A stretch of 64,000 nt of DNA from the NCBI GenBank assembly GCA_002633005.1, contig NMRA01000196.1, forward strand, positions 480,824 through 544,823. Direction: 5' to 3'. Positions 29,201 to 38,848 of the stretch are shown one piece after another. Position 1 is the first letter of the stretch; the number at the start of each line of letters is the position of its first letter. The DNA comes from Phoronis australis. Its lineage: Eukaryota > Animalia > Phoronida. The translations under genes and the position numbers were made by a program. Below the pieces are notes generated by a model. It saw nothing but the letters and a program-made list of their open reading frames with translations, was not told the origin of the DNA and ran no database searches.

Positions 29201-31665
29201 GCGAAAACGTGGCATTTTCTTTGTAAACCATTGAAGGCCTATAGGTAAAAACTAAGGGGTCAATAAGTGCAAAATTGATGGTTTTTGTATCGGAGCCAGA
29301 CCATGATCACATACACAAAACTTAAACTGAATCTCGAAGATGACCTCTAGAGTGATTTTCTGATTTCTTCTGATTTTTTTCGTGGAATGGCTCTTATGTA
29401 CTTGTTTGACATGAAAATGAGTTTCAAATTGGAGTATAACTTCATTTTAAAGTCACTGAATCAATTAAAAGGTTAGCATTATGCCAGTGAGACTATTATT
29501 TCTACTTAAATGTACTATTCTATTAAATGGGTGTACACACATTTGCATCAATGCTGGCGGGAACAAGGCGTGTTGAGTCTGAATTTTTTTTGAAAATTTG
29601 GACCCCAGTTGTGGAATCTTGTATGAAGCCCTCCTGACAGATTTTGACACTTAAGGACAAATGCCTAGAGAAAATAGCATAATCTCTGCCGTGCGTCGTG
29701 GACACAATCTTCCCTGTAATTGTTTTAGGAGAATTGCGTTACCTGATGCTACCTCTCTACGAACGCCTGGTGATGGGAAGTGCTACTAAGGTTTTGTGGG
29801 CGCTACAAGGTCCGACAATTCCTGCCAAGATGGAACAACACCTGAAGGCTCTAGTATTGCGAACAGAAGCTCTTGAAGAATACAACGAAGCGGCTATTAA
29901 GATTTTGTAAGTTAGGAGCTTGCAAGACTGAAGTCAGAAATTTCGTCTTTTTTTCAGACAACGATTTCTGAAAAATAATTCATTTCACCTCAGCGAGGCA
30001 CAGGACCTCCAAAAATGTACCCATAATTGCTAGTTGCTCAGCTGATTTTCATAAATTGTTTTGGAACTGTGATGCGCTAACAATTACATGTACATGGCGA
30101 AAACGTTGTTCTGTAACTAATTACGAAATGGGAGCTCAAGTCTCACTAATGACTGAGTCTACGTCACGGTTCATGAAACAGCACAGCGTGAGTCTGTAAT
30201 CCTTGTCATGTCACTGAGACTTAGAAGTATTGAAACATTGAGCAGTACTCAAATTGTTGTTTTGCAAAATGTCCTTGTACTTTGATCTTCAGTAAACAAG
30301 GAGAGCGTTTAATGAACGTTTGCATTGGAACGGTAAAGCGGGATAAACAGTATAGAATGGAATATCATGACTTAATATTTCATTACTACTTGAACACAAA
30401 GCCGTGCTTAGCTTCTGATCATCCCCAATACAACATATTATAATACTAAAAGGTCTGGCACTCGGGATAGGAATTCCACGGTTGATTTATTTCAGCCGTC
30501 CATATCGAACACAAATCTCAATAAATTCACACAAAATTGAAATTCAACCAACCATGATCAACTGTTCTTTCTCCTGATAGCATTTACAGTATTCTGCTCC
30601 AGCAAGTTCGCAACAAATTTGCGATCAAACACAAAATTTTCCCCAAAAGGCCGACGCGTCGCAACTCCTGTAGACGGGTCAAGTGAGTCGGTTCAAGGTC
30701 AAGTACGAAATTACCAGATAAGTACCGGTAACCTTCCGTGATGAACCGACAGTAGTTGTCATCCATCGGTAACTGACGTTCGAAGTGAAGCACAAGGCCG
30801 TGGAATTCCTATCCCGTGTGCCAGGCCTTTTCGTATAGGGGACTATCAGAAGCTAAGGACGCTTGTGCTTGAACATAGGTCAGGTTCACTTGTCGATGTC
30901 TGGCACACTTCACGGGTAATCTCGCGCCGCTGGACACGTGAGCTGGAGGATGGGTTACACTTCATGGGCAGCAACCAGTGTAAAGACCAGGTAACACAGA
31001 CTCGATTGATTGGTCTTGCAATTGGAAGCACGGACTGTCGGCAGGAATGGCGCACCTTCACATGGAAGGAGTGAGCCTAAAATGGGAAAGTTGGATAGCA
31101 ATAGGAAAGACAGGGTTGTGACAGAATGGATAGACCCCAACGGGCTCTTTTCGAAAAAATTAGAATTTCGTTGAAGGAAACGATTGAACTATGCCTGAGG
31201 GTATTTCCGGTCCTTGCAATGAACTCTACAATCTGACTGTTATTACACCATGGAAAGTCATGTTGGCAAAAATTTGAAAGAAAACAGGATCTTCTGATTA
31301 CATTAAACTCGAGTTTGTCTATTTAAAGCTGAATAGAGTGGCGAATTTTAAAAGATGTTTACTTTTAAGTTTGACGTAATAAGTTTGTCCGTCACCGGTG
31401 CTCTCCTGTACTAGGAGTAATCAGCGGTAAGTACATGTACTGTTTCTGCCGCCGAAACCACACAAACTGTCATATTGAATAGTCCCGTGCAACTCTACAG
31501 TCTGTACACAGATGTATATCGCTGACTGACTTACCTTGTTTTGTGTTTCAGCATATTCAGCTGATACTGAACTACATGTGTAACCGATATATGAATTTTT
31601 CTAAAAATTCATGCTGTGCCAACGAACCCTTGGAACGCGGACTTAGATCTAAGACAAGTACGTAG
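14097..31665 (+). CDS. CASD1-like: CASD1-like SGNH/PC-esterase (GDS...DxxH) type II membrane protein, copy 1; join(14097-14265,15395-15515,17936-18116,18720-18830,24192-24252,29729-29906,30879-30990,31552-31665), 348 aa
   Basis: All introns are GT-AG with matching phases; total 1047 nt ending in TAG. Motifs parallel the CASD1 luminal domain: CEGL..HG...W...C.LHRY, HIAFVGDSRIRGLF, PELVVDGVATW, VLWALQGP, YNEAAIKIL, DGLH, LILNYMCN...SCC. Confidence 0.9.
15395..15515 (+). CDS. Copy 1 exon 2
   Basis: Pyrimidine tract + TTAG; ELLNHGKANASYICEGLFQHGRHRGDDWLADDCDLHRYSR; donor AG|GTGAG. Confidence 0.9.
16795..16854. repeat. Short tandem duplication (~26-bp GTATGTGCATGTGCGTATGTATGCGG x2)
   Basis: Directly visible; copy 2 has a shorter version at ~41425. 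Confidence 0.7.
17936..18116 (+). CDS. Copy 1 exon 3 (catalytic GDS motif)
   Basis: TTTTGCAG acceptor; GLATCMERKGKVTGRTHIAFVGDSRIRGLFYRF...NVTV; donor GTAAGT. Confidence 0.93.
18720..18830 (+). CDS. Copy 1 exon 4
   Basis: ELKWSPFLNESHASVYREWLKSDIKQRPELVVDGVAT; AAG acceptor, GTAATT donor; conserved in copy 2. Confidence 0.88.
18902..20429 (+). mobile_element. Second, more decayed Kolobok derivative (copy 1 only)
   Basis: TIR AGGAGAATGCCACCC / GGGTGGCATTCT; flanks TCAA and TTAA. THAP-like RKWLL...IRVCGRLF..NDF (19111-19308); minus-strand GYEFEPEFTDQEIL KolX-like motif (~19350-19395). Empty site in copy 2 (~43626). Confidence 0.75.
19767..20390 (-). mobile_element. Helitron-like fragment (3' end) nested in the Kolobok derivative
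   Basis: Minus strand reads TACCCGT...ACGGGTA hairpin, then CTAG|T terminus at 19767. The 5' boundary is uncertain. Confidence 0.55.
22216..23798. mobile_element. Non-autonomous foldback-type element with ~250-300-bp TIRs and ~150-bp internal subrepeats (copy 1)
   Basis: GCAGCCCAGAGCACTTAGCAT...ATGCTAAGTGCTCTGGGCTGC inverted arms; repeated AAAAATGAGCTAG...TTCGAGGT units. Confidence 0.7.
24192..24252 (+). CDS. Copy 1 exon 5
   Basis: TTCAG|WLLWKYDSGKPRKVAFERYL+A|GTAAGT; supplies the W of GVATW; identical in copy 2. Confidence 0.85.
29729..29906 (+). CDS. Copy 1 exon 6
   Basis: ELRYLMLPLYERL...KVLWALQGP...LEEYNEAAIKI; TTTTAG acceptor, GTAAGT donor. Confidence 0.92.
30443..30845. mobile_element. 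MITE with ~40-bp TIRs (also in copy 2 at ~63102-63500)
   Basis: ATACTAAAAGGTCTGGCACTCGGGATAGGAATTCCACGG ... CCGTGGAATTCCTATCCCGTGTGCCAGGCCTTTTCGTAT. Confidence 0.75.
30879..30990 (+). CDS. Copy 1 exon 7 (catalytic DxxH)
   Basis: SGSLVDVWHTSRVISRRWTRELEDGLHFMGSNQCKDQ; donor CAG|GTAAC. Confidence 0.9.
31552..31665 (+). CDS. Copy 1 exon 8 (terminal)
   Basis: TTTCAG|HIQLILNYMCNRYMNFSKNSCCANEPLERGLRSKTST*; matches the end of the CASD1 luminal domain. Confidence 0.87.
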   Translation, partial: HIQLILNYMCNRYMNFSKNSCCANEPLERGLRSKTST

Positions 31666-32959
31666 CAGCAAAAGCCCATTGTTCAAATGCTGTCTCCATA
31701 AAAGAATATGAGATCACGTGGTTCGCACGTACATTTATGAACACGTATCACATTCTCTTTATTATAACCAAACAGTGGGGTGTCGTTATCCAGGAAAGAG
31801 CGTTGAGAATTGGAAAACATTGACAGAAACACAGTACATCTGCCGTTTAATCAACTTGGGAGCATTTTGTGAAGAAGGAACCGCGGCGGAAGTAGTGGGT
31901 ATATTAATTTGAACATCCGTTCAAGATGAGGGTCTATATAGTGGCTCCGTCTGACGTGTGGTCTCCTGTGTTGTGCCACAGCTGTCACTTGAACTAACTA
32001 TTCTTCGACGTCATAGAACTAAAGGAATTGGCATGCCACATCTGACGCAAATACGCCCGCCCTCCAGTGTGGAACGCGCCTAGCGTCGCATTGTGACGAG
32101 TCATTTGGATTCATCCGAATTCAATTAGGAACCTCAAGGTTGACTCAAAAGGTAACTCCCAGCCACGTCAAGTACCGCCCCATTTCTGTTTGATCTGAGA
32201 TCCTGTGATCTGGTCAGAGATGACGTATGCTCCGATGTTAATCAGTTTACGCGCCAATTGAGATGACACCTGAAATTTTGCATTATCCATGCAATAAAGG
32301 ACAGGTTTACATGTAAACCCATATTATTTGAAACAATCATAATCTATCTGCAACTTGCCTTGTCGAACACCTTTCGGAAATTACAAGACACGAAAGAATT
32401 GAGCACATTTTGAAAGAAATTCGCGGACTTCCAAGTCGTGGAAATAGGATGGAGAGCGAAAATAATGGAAGCGGTGAGGGCTTCGTAAACCAGTAAACTT
32501 TTACAGGCCCGTTGCCAGCATTAAGCATTGGGTGGTTAAAATTTCTAGAAAGGTTGACCTTTGATGTTTTGCAAACGTCGACGCTGTAGATTTCGATAAG
32601 GCCCTTGTGGCAGCTTAATGAGGGGGAAATAAATCTGTATACACAACGATGACTCACAACTCTGTGTTGCTGAGACGAGACGGAACTTGTAATATCACAA
32701 ATGAGGATGCTGCGACGTTTGCTAACAAAGAACAGGACTCAAGTTCTGATGTCACGTGGTCCAGAAAGAGGTGGTCCAGAAAGAGAACGTTCTCGTGTTA
32801 CATCCTGCCAAAATTTCAAATCGGTCATGCTTTAACCAGTGTTTACATCTCATTATGTACGGAGACGCAAAGATGTAAAGTCGACCGGAGAATGTGTTGA
32901 CAAAATTCTTCTGGTTGTATTTTTGAGTTTTACTTAACTTGCTTACACCGCTGGCAAAA

Positions 32960-33655
32960 GGAACACCCCAATGATTTCGAAGGTTCACTGCTCCGAAGGT
33001 TCGCGACTTCGAAGGTTCACTACTCCGGTGCTCCCATTATCAAAAATTTCGGACTCAGGTGCAATAAACGATACTTCAGTTATTAGATCCACTGAGTGGT
33101 GTACCTATGCCTAAAATAACGCCCGGGTACGAAAAACACTTTCAAATTGTATGAATTTCATGGGCATGCGAAATTGCCCGCATTTCTTACGAATACGGAA
33201 AATGAATACGTGCTTGCATTTTTAAAAGAAAATGAAGTAGAAATATTGATGAATTATCAACCCGGATACATTCATCAAATTCATGTCAAGATCGCATCGC
33301 AGCACGACTGAAAAGTTAAGGGCCCCTGCGCCTCAACCTCACCCAAAGAACCACGCGCGCTGCAGGGTAGAAACTAAATATAGTCAGTAGTCCACCATGT
33401 CCCTGCCAGTGTTCACGAAGTCAGAGTGTCCCATTCAATCTTCTTGAATTTAAAACCCGTTGGTCGCCGCAACCCCTCCAATCCGTGACCCACATGTTGT
33501 CCCTGCAGAGAAATGAACTTTCGGAATTGTGGAAATTTCAAGTAATGAATCAAAGTTGCGAACTTCGGAGTAGTGAACATTCCGAGAAGTGGACTTTAAT
33601 TCCGGAGTAGTGGACCTTCATTGTAGTCAACCTTTGGCATAGTGACATGTAACCT
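32960..33655. mobile_element. MITE with inverted ~16-bp subterminal repeats
   Basis: (CGAAGGTTCACTACTC)-like arrays at left; complementary (GGAGTAGTGAAC/GGAC) arrays at right. Confidence 0.6.
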
Positions 33656-33689
33656 TGGGAATCTTTTCCATTAGGTTTGAAGTCTGCAG

Positions 33690-33950
33690 GCGCGCGCTCT
33701 ATCCGCCAGCTCGTAAGTTCGAGTCTGTGGCGTTTGTGTTTTTCCTGTTTGACACTTTCTCCGTTATTTTTTTTTGCCTTTTTTCTTGGATAATACTTCG
33801 GGAATCAAGGAAATGCTTGATTTTTAGAGGAAAAAACAGAAAAGTTTCCTCCCCCAATTCGGTGCTATGCGCATCTACAATCGTGCTTTGAGCAAATGTT
33901 TACAGACAAAATGTTGGGCCCCCCTTGTGATATCCTAGATCCGCCACTGT
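33690..33950. mobile_element. MITE fragment; same family in opposite orientation at ~63847-64000
   Basis: AAAATGTTGGGCCCCCCTTGTGATATCCTAGAT and TGCGCATCTACAATCGTG are reverse-complement matches to 63855-63940. Confidence 0.65.
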
Positions 33951-35975
33951 GCCAGCTCTCTTTCGTTCGATAATTGCTGTAATCTCCAATATTATCGTAT
34001 CTAGGCAGATGGTAGTGGGCGATGTTAAAATTAAAAATTAAGCTACAACCTATTTCAACATAAACCAATAGCATTTCTGAATATTTCTCGTCAAATGCTG
34101 ACCACGTGTATTTTTGAATCGCCAAAACCGCCCATCTACAACCGAAGTTACGACAATCTATTCTTTCCGAACGCACCAATTCGCTCTGGTTTTGACTGTT
34201 AATAAGCCTGGTAGATAATTGGCCTGCCTGTTGTGATACTAAACAAAAGACAGTGCTTGGCAGTTAACAAGGAGCTAGATGTCACTGAACGGGACAACGT
34301 CGTAATGTCCTCGGTCCCCCTTTATAAGCCTATGGTGTGACATCATCTATTATATTATATCTATTATAGAAAATGCATCGTTTGCACAAACTTCGTCTCC
34401 CCCGCTCCACCACAGACCTTCGTTGCGTGCGTTTCGGCACCACCTTTGTCCCAGGTATTGCACCGGCCCCTATTTGGATTCGAAGTGTTCTATTTTTTTC
34501 TCGCGGGCCGTTTCTTCGCGGACGCGGAGGGAGGATGGCCAGTTTCGTACTGGCCTTGGTGACGTCAGTCGGTCGGCTCAAAAGGCCTGGGTGAAGTCAC
34601 TCCGTCGGCTTAATTTCACTCTCTCCGGCTTCTGTCGCGTATATAATTCATCGGGCCTGTCGCCGCCAAAATTAATGATGTCTCATTAACAAATTTTTAC
34701 TCTTACTTGAGAAAACTAAATTATTTACCCGGATGTTGGAAAATTGGCGTTCTTCAGTTATTCTGCTGCTAAAATTGCGATGTGCTCTTTGGGAGCCATT
34801 GCGTCACCTATCGAGCCAATTTCCATGTTCTTCAATCAACTGTGGAGATTGCGTACATGTCATAACAATCGGAAGTGGTTTCATTTCGTTACAAGTTTTT
34901 ACTATTTTAATACCAAAAAAAAATAATTTCATTAAATACTCTCGAGAGATATTGTAAAGTTTTGGGAAACGGCGCGTACGTGCGCGTGTCAGTGTTTTCA
35001 AAACGACGGCAGATAGGATTTTCCTTTGTTACAAAAGGCGGAGAATTGCGAAAAATAACGTTTATTAGATTTTGTTTACTTCTATAAACGGCTGTAATGT
35101 GCACTGTGAATGTCGATTCATTCCCAGATTCTGCATGCACCCCTGTACTAGGTCAGGTAGTTTGTGTTTCGTCCGGCGAAAGCCGGGGTGGCCTACATGT
35201 GCCATCTGTAGGATTTGCTGCCGGAGACTTGTAGGTACGACAATGCGTGTAACAGCAGGGGTGTAAGAGCTGTCCCGTACTAAGTAACCATCTTCCAGAG
35301 ACAGTTCTCTACGAACTTGGTAGAAACGCTGTAGAGCCGGAGACAGGTTTGTTTTAGAAGGCGATCCATTGCGTACGTACATGTAACTTGTCAGCAGTTC
35401 GTAAGTGGAGTCTTTGCGGCATGCAGAGCGAATGTCGTCTAAAGAAAAACCGCCATTACTCGCAGTAGTGAGGATGGCTTTGTCAGATGGGTCGGTGACC
35501 CCAGCGACCTCGTCATTTTTCGTAGTCAAGCGAATATTGTCCTGTCCTCTTCTGTACTTCAGGGTGTAGTTGAAAACGGCAAGGCGGTCATTCCAACTGA
35601 TGAATTTACCGCGTTTTCTGCCTGTGCCGGTCTGACTTAGCATTGACGTAAGTGCTGAGGGGTCTACATGTACGTATTATGAAATGTCGTCCTAGCAAGA
35701 ACTTCTCCCAGTACTCCGAGAAGTTAACGACGACAGGATCTTCCCGCTCATTCACTGTATAGGAGCGCTGGCGCTCATCCAGCGTTTTGCTGCCAAACAG
35801 AACGGGCACTTTCTTTCAGTTTTGAATTTGCGACAGCACAGCACCAAGGCCGACATCAGACGCGTCAGTGGAAAGGATAATGTGGCATGCAGGGTGTAAT
35901 TCCAAGCTCTGACACAACATGGCTTTTAGTGTGTCAAATGCCTGTTATCACTCTGCAGACCACACGAACTTTACA

Positions 35976-36460
35976 TTTTATTTATTTATCTATTGTGATA
36001 TTTAAAATGAGGATGGCCTGTTCAGTGATAGCATTGCTTTCCAAGAGGGCCCTCTACAACAAAAAACAGTTGGTAATATAATACAATGAAGTAATAAAAC
36101 AACAATTAAATATGCGTAAAAAGATACAGTTAAAACAGGTTGAGAATTAAAACAATAAATAAATGACGAAAAATGGTGAAAATATACTAAGAGAGGTGAA
36201 ATAAATAAAGAGATGACAGTGAGAGTATTTACGATAATGGAAAGAATGACATGATTGAGACAGGTAGGGTAAAAAGGTTAGGTTAATTACAGCCACTTTT
36301 TAATGTTACGTTTGAAAATATCAATTAAATAGGACCGTTTAATTTCTGGGATAAGAGAATTCCATATTGTAGCAGCAGCATAGATAAAACATCTCTCACC
36401 GGTCTCGATTTTAATTTCTTTTAAAGACACATTTCCAGCAACAGAAGAGCGTGTAGAACA
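35976..36460 (-). mobile_element. 5'-truncated L2/Crack/CR1-group LINE 3' end inserted in Gypsy pol
   Basis: TGERCFIYAAATIWNSL...FKRNIKKWL*, 3' UTR and (TAAA)n tail; TACA duplicated on both flanks; Gypsy NNAV|KFVW rejoins across it. Confidence 0.8.
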
Positions 36461-36834
36461 TACAGCATTGTTTCGTGTGAGGGCACGTAATGGCTCGGAT
36501 ATCTCGGCAAAATGGTACAATAAGTCTTTGTAGTAGTTGAATAAACCTAGAAATCGTTGCACTTCGTTCAGAGACTTCGGAACAGGTGCATTACGCACAG
36601 CGTCAAGGTTTGCAGGGTCGGGTTTTACTTTGTTGTGGGAGACAATATAAGCCAAGTTTGGTAACTGTTCGACACTAATGACGCATTTGTAGGGGTTGAC
36701 ACGTAGGTTATTTTCACTCAACCGATGTAATAGGTTGTCGAGATTATGGTACTGTTCGTCCCACGTGTGACCCATGACCGCAATGTCGTCCATGTTGGCC
36801 TTGTACCCGGGAAGGCCACTTACAATGTTGGAAA

Positions 36835-37473
36835 GGAGGCACAGAACAGTTCTCACTGGGTTTTGCCTAGCAAAACACACATCACTTGATTTGTAACCTT
36901 TTCTTCACTCTGTCAAAAACAGGATGCAAAGAATGGCATGTTTTCAATTATTTCACATAAAAAGCCCAGCAGATGAGCACAGAAACTTTATTCTTTCTTG
37001 TATTTTTGACCATTTCATTCCCACTGAAAACCAAGCTAGACTAAGAAAAATAAGGGCAAAAAAATGCAAAATCGGCACTTTTCACCCGAAAAACACCACT
37101 TCCCTGCCGATGCACGACTAAAACCAACATTAGAGTCTGAAAGTAAATTTCCTACCGATTCAGAAAATGTGGTCCAAAAGTACTGTCAACCAACTAGTTT
37201 TTTGGCAATTCTTGCTTGTTTGAGGGCTACCTAAAATCACAGCCAATTTCTTGGTCGCTACCCAACAATGCACAATTGCAGCCGGGGGCCGCCATCTTGA
37301 AGAAGAGTGCAGCTACAGCCAAGAAATTGGCCTTTTTTTATTCACAGCATGTTCACAAATACAAACAAACCACATTCACTGAGCCTACGTGCAATGCCCA
37401 CCTACAAAATGCCCCCAAACTTGGCCTACCCCAAAATTTCTATATTTTGGCAGCCTAACTATTCAGTGCCACC
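36835..37473. mobile_element. MITE with ~17-bp TIRs and 3-bp TSD inserted in Gypsy RT
   Basis: GGAGGCACAGAACAGTT / AACTATTCAGTGCCACC, flanked by AAA; removing it restores RT QYLISNIV. Confidence 0.8.
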
Positions 37474-38679
37474 AAATGAGGTACTGGAAAATAGCGGCGC
37501 TGTCTGCAAGACCCAAAGGCAGGCGGTTGTAGGCATACAACCCCTTCGGTGTAATTGTAGTTGTAAGCAGACTACTCTCAGCGTCGAGCAACTAATTAAA
37601 GTAACCCCATCAAATATCAATTTTAGCATAATATTTGGCGCCTTGCAAATCCCGGATGACATCGCTGATGACCGGAAGGCGACATCGAGATGGTATGACT
37701 TGACGATTCAGGCCTGTCAGGTCAGTAGTAATACTCACGGAACCATACGGTTAATCCACAGTTACCAGCGGGTGTTGTCACAAGGGTCGTTCATGTGGCT
37801 GGATGTTTTCTGCTATAACTAAAGATTATTGTTAAGACCCTTTAATTCTGTTTGCAATGATTTTCTTGGATGATTTTCTAAAAATCCCAGTTTGTACGTG
37901 ATGATCCTAACATTAAAACTATGAGTTTTTACTTGAAATCTCGTGTTGTTACCAATATTAGTTCCTAGATACTACACAGTACACACTCATCTCGATGAAC
38001 ATGATTCATCAGCAAGATGGCGGACCACTCCGCTCAACGAAAAACACGTGGGTTCAACTCAAGTTATATTTTTTCTCATTGGGCATAGGTGAAAAAACAA
38101 CACAAAAGTAACACAGTAGTATGCCAAGCAACACAGAAACAAGTGTGAAACCCCATAGAGAAGACTACAGACACCTACTCAACTCAGTGCAGACGAAGGA
38201 TTCCAGTCTGACAAGAGTCTTGTTGCTCTGTTTTAATTAGTAGAGCGTCCAAGATCTTAAGATCGCTGTTTATTTTTTTACAAAAATGCCTTACGTTTTG
38301 TGAGTTACTTTGGCTTAGAAACTAAACTAAATGAGTAATAAAAATTTAAAAAAGCGTTTTTGAGAGATATCGGCAAGTGTCCATTTAAAGAAGGCATATT
38401 TGTGCTGTGAATGTACATTTTGATTAATTACAAAAAGTAGTCACGTCATAATAACAATGACATTTACATGTAAGTCTAATAGATGATTTCTTTCACAAAT
38501 GCATTAATTTACTAGTTGACACAATTTAGTTTTACTGGTATTTTACATTGAATTAACATAACGCTGAGTAGGTGCGCTGCGCAAGCTGTTTGTATGACAT
38601 CTGGCTCGGCCATGCGCAACATGCACCTTGGATTACACCAGTTATACACCTGCACTTGAGGTTTCATTAACCGTGAGCT

Positions 38680-38848
38680 ATGATGGCACAGCTCATGCTG
38701 AAACGGGGCGTAAATCTTCTGCTCTTTGTGGCCATCTCTGTTGTTCTTATACTGGTTCGAACCAGTTCTATTTGGCGGCATCTCCTCCCCGTTGCGCGCG
38801 ACCAAGAGAGAGTGAACAGACACAACTGCGGAGCACAATACCAAAAAG
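38680..38848 (+). CDS. Copy 2 exon 1
   Basis: MMAQLMLKRGVNLLLFVAISVVLILV...YQK; G|GTACGT donor. Confidence 0.8.

Larger units (their letters stand above)
13346..31157 (+). repeat. Tandem segmental duplication, copy 1
   Basis: Colinear with 38085-63813 in exons and introns, from ATAGGTGA.AAAACAACACAAAAG to GGGCTCTTTTCGAAAAA. Confidence 0.93.
35065..37810 (-). mobile_element. Ty3/Gypsy LTR retrotransposon pol remnant (RT - RNase H - integrase N-terminus), disrupted
   Basis: DLTGLN..LP..GAKYYAKID..TPKGLYAYNRLPLGL..AAIFQ; MDDIAV; VQRFLGLFNYY; KFVW; TDASDVGLGAVLSQ; YTVNERE; RIVVPTSLRQQILQMAHVGHPG. Stops and frameshifts present; no LTRs seen. Confidence 0.9.

Noticed and set aside
32960-33655. 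CRISPR-like short repeats
   Set aside because: Eukaryotic context, no unique spacers, and an inverted subterminal arrangement typical of a MITE.
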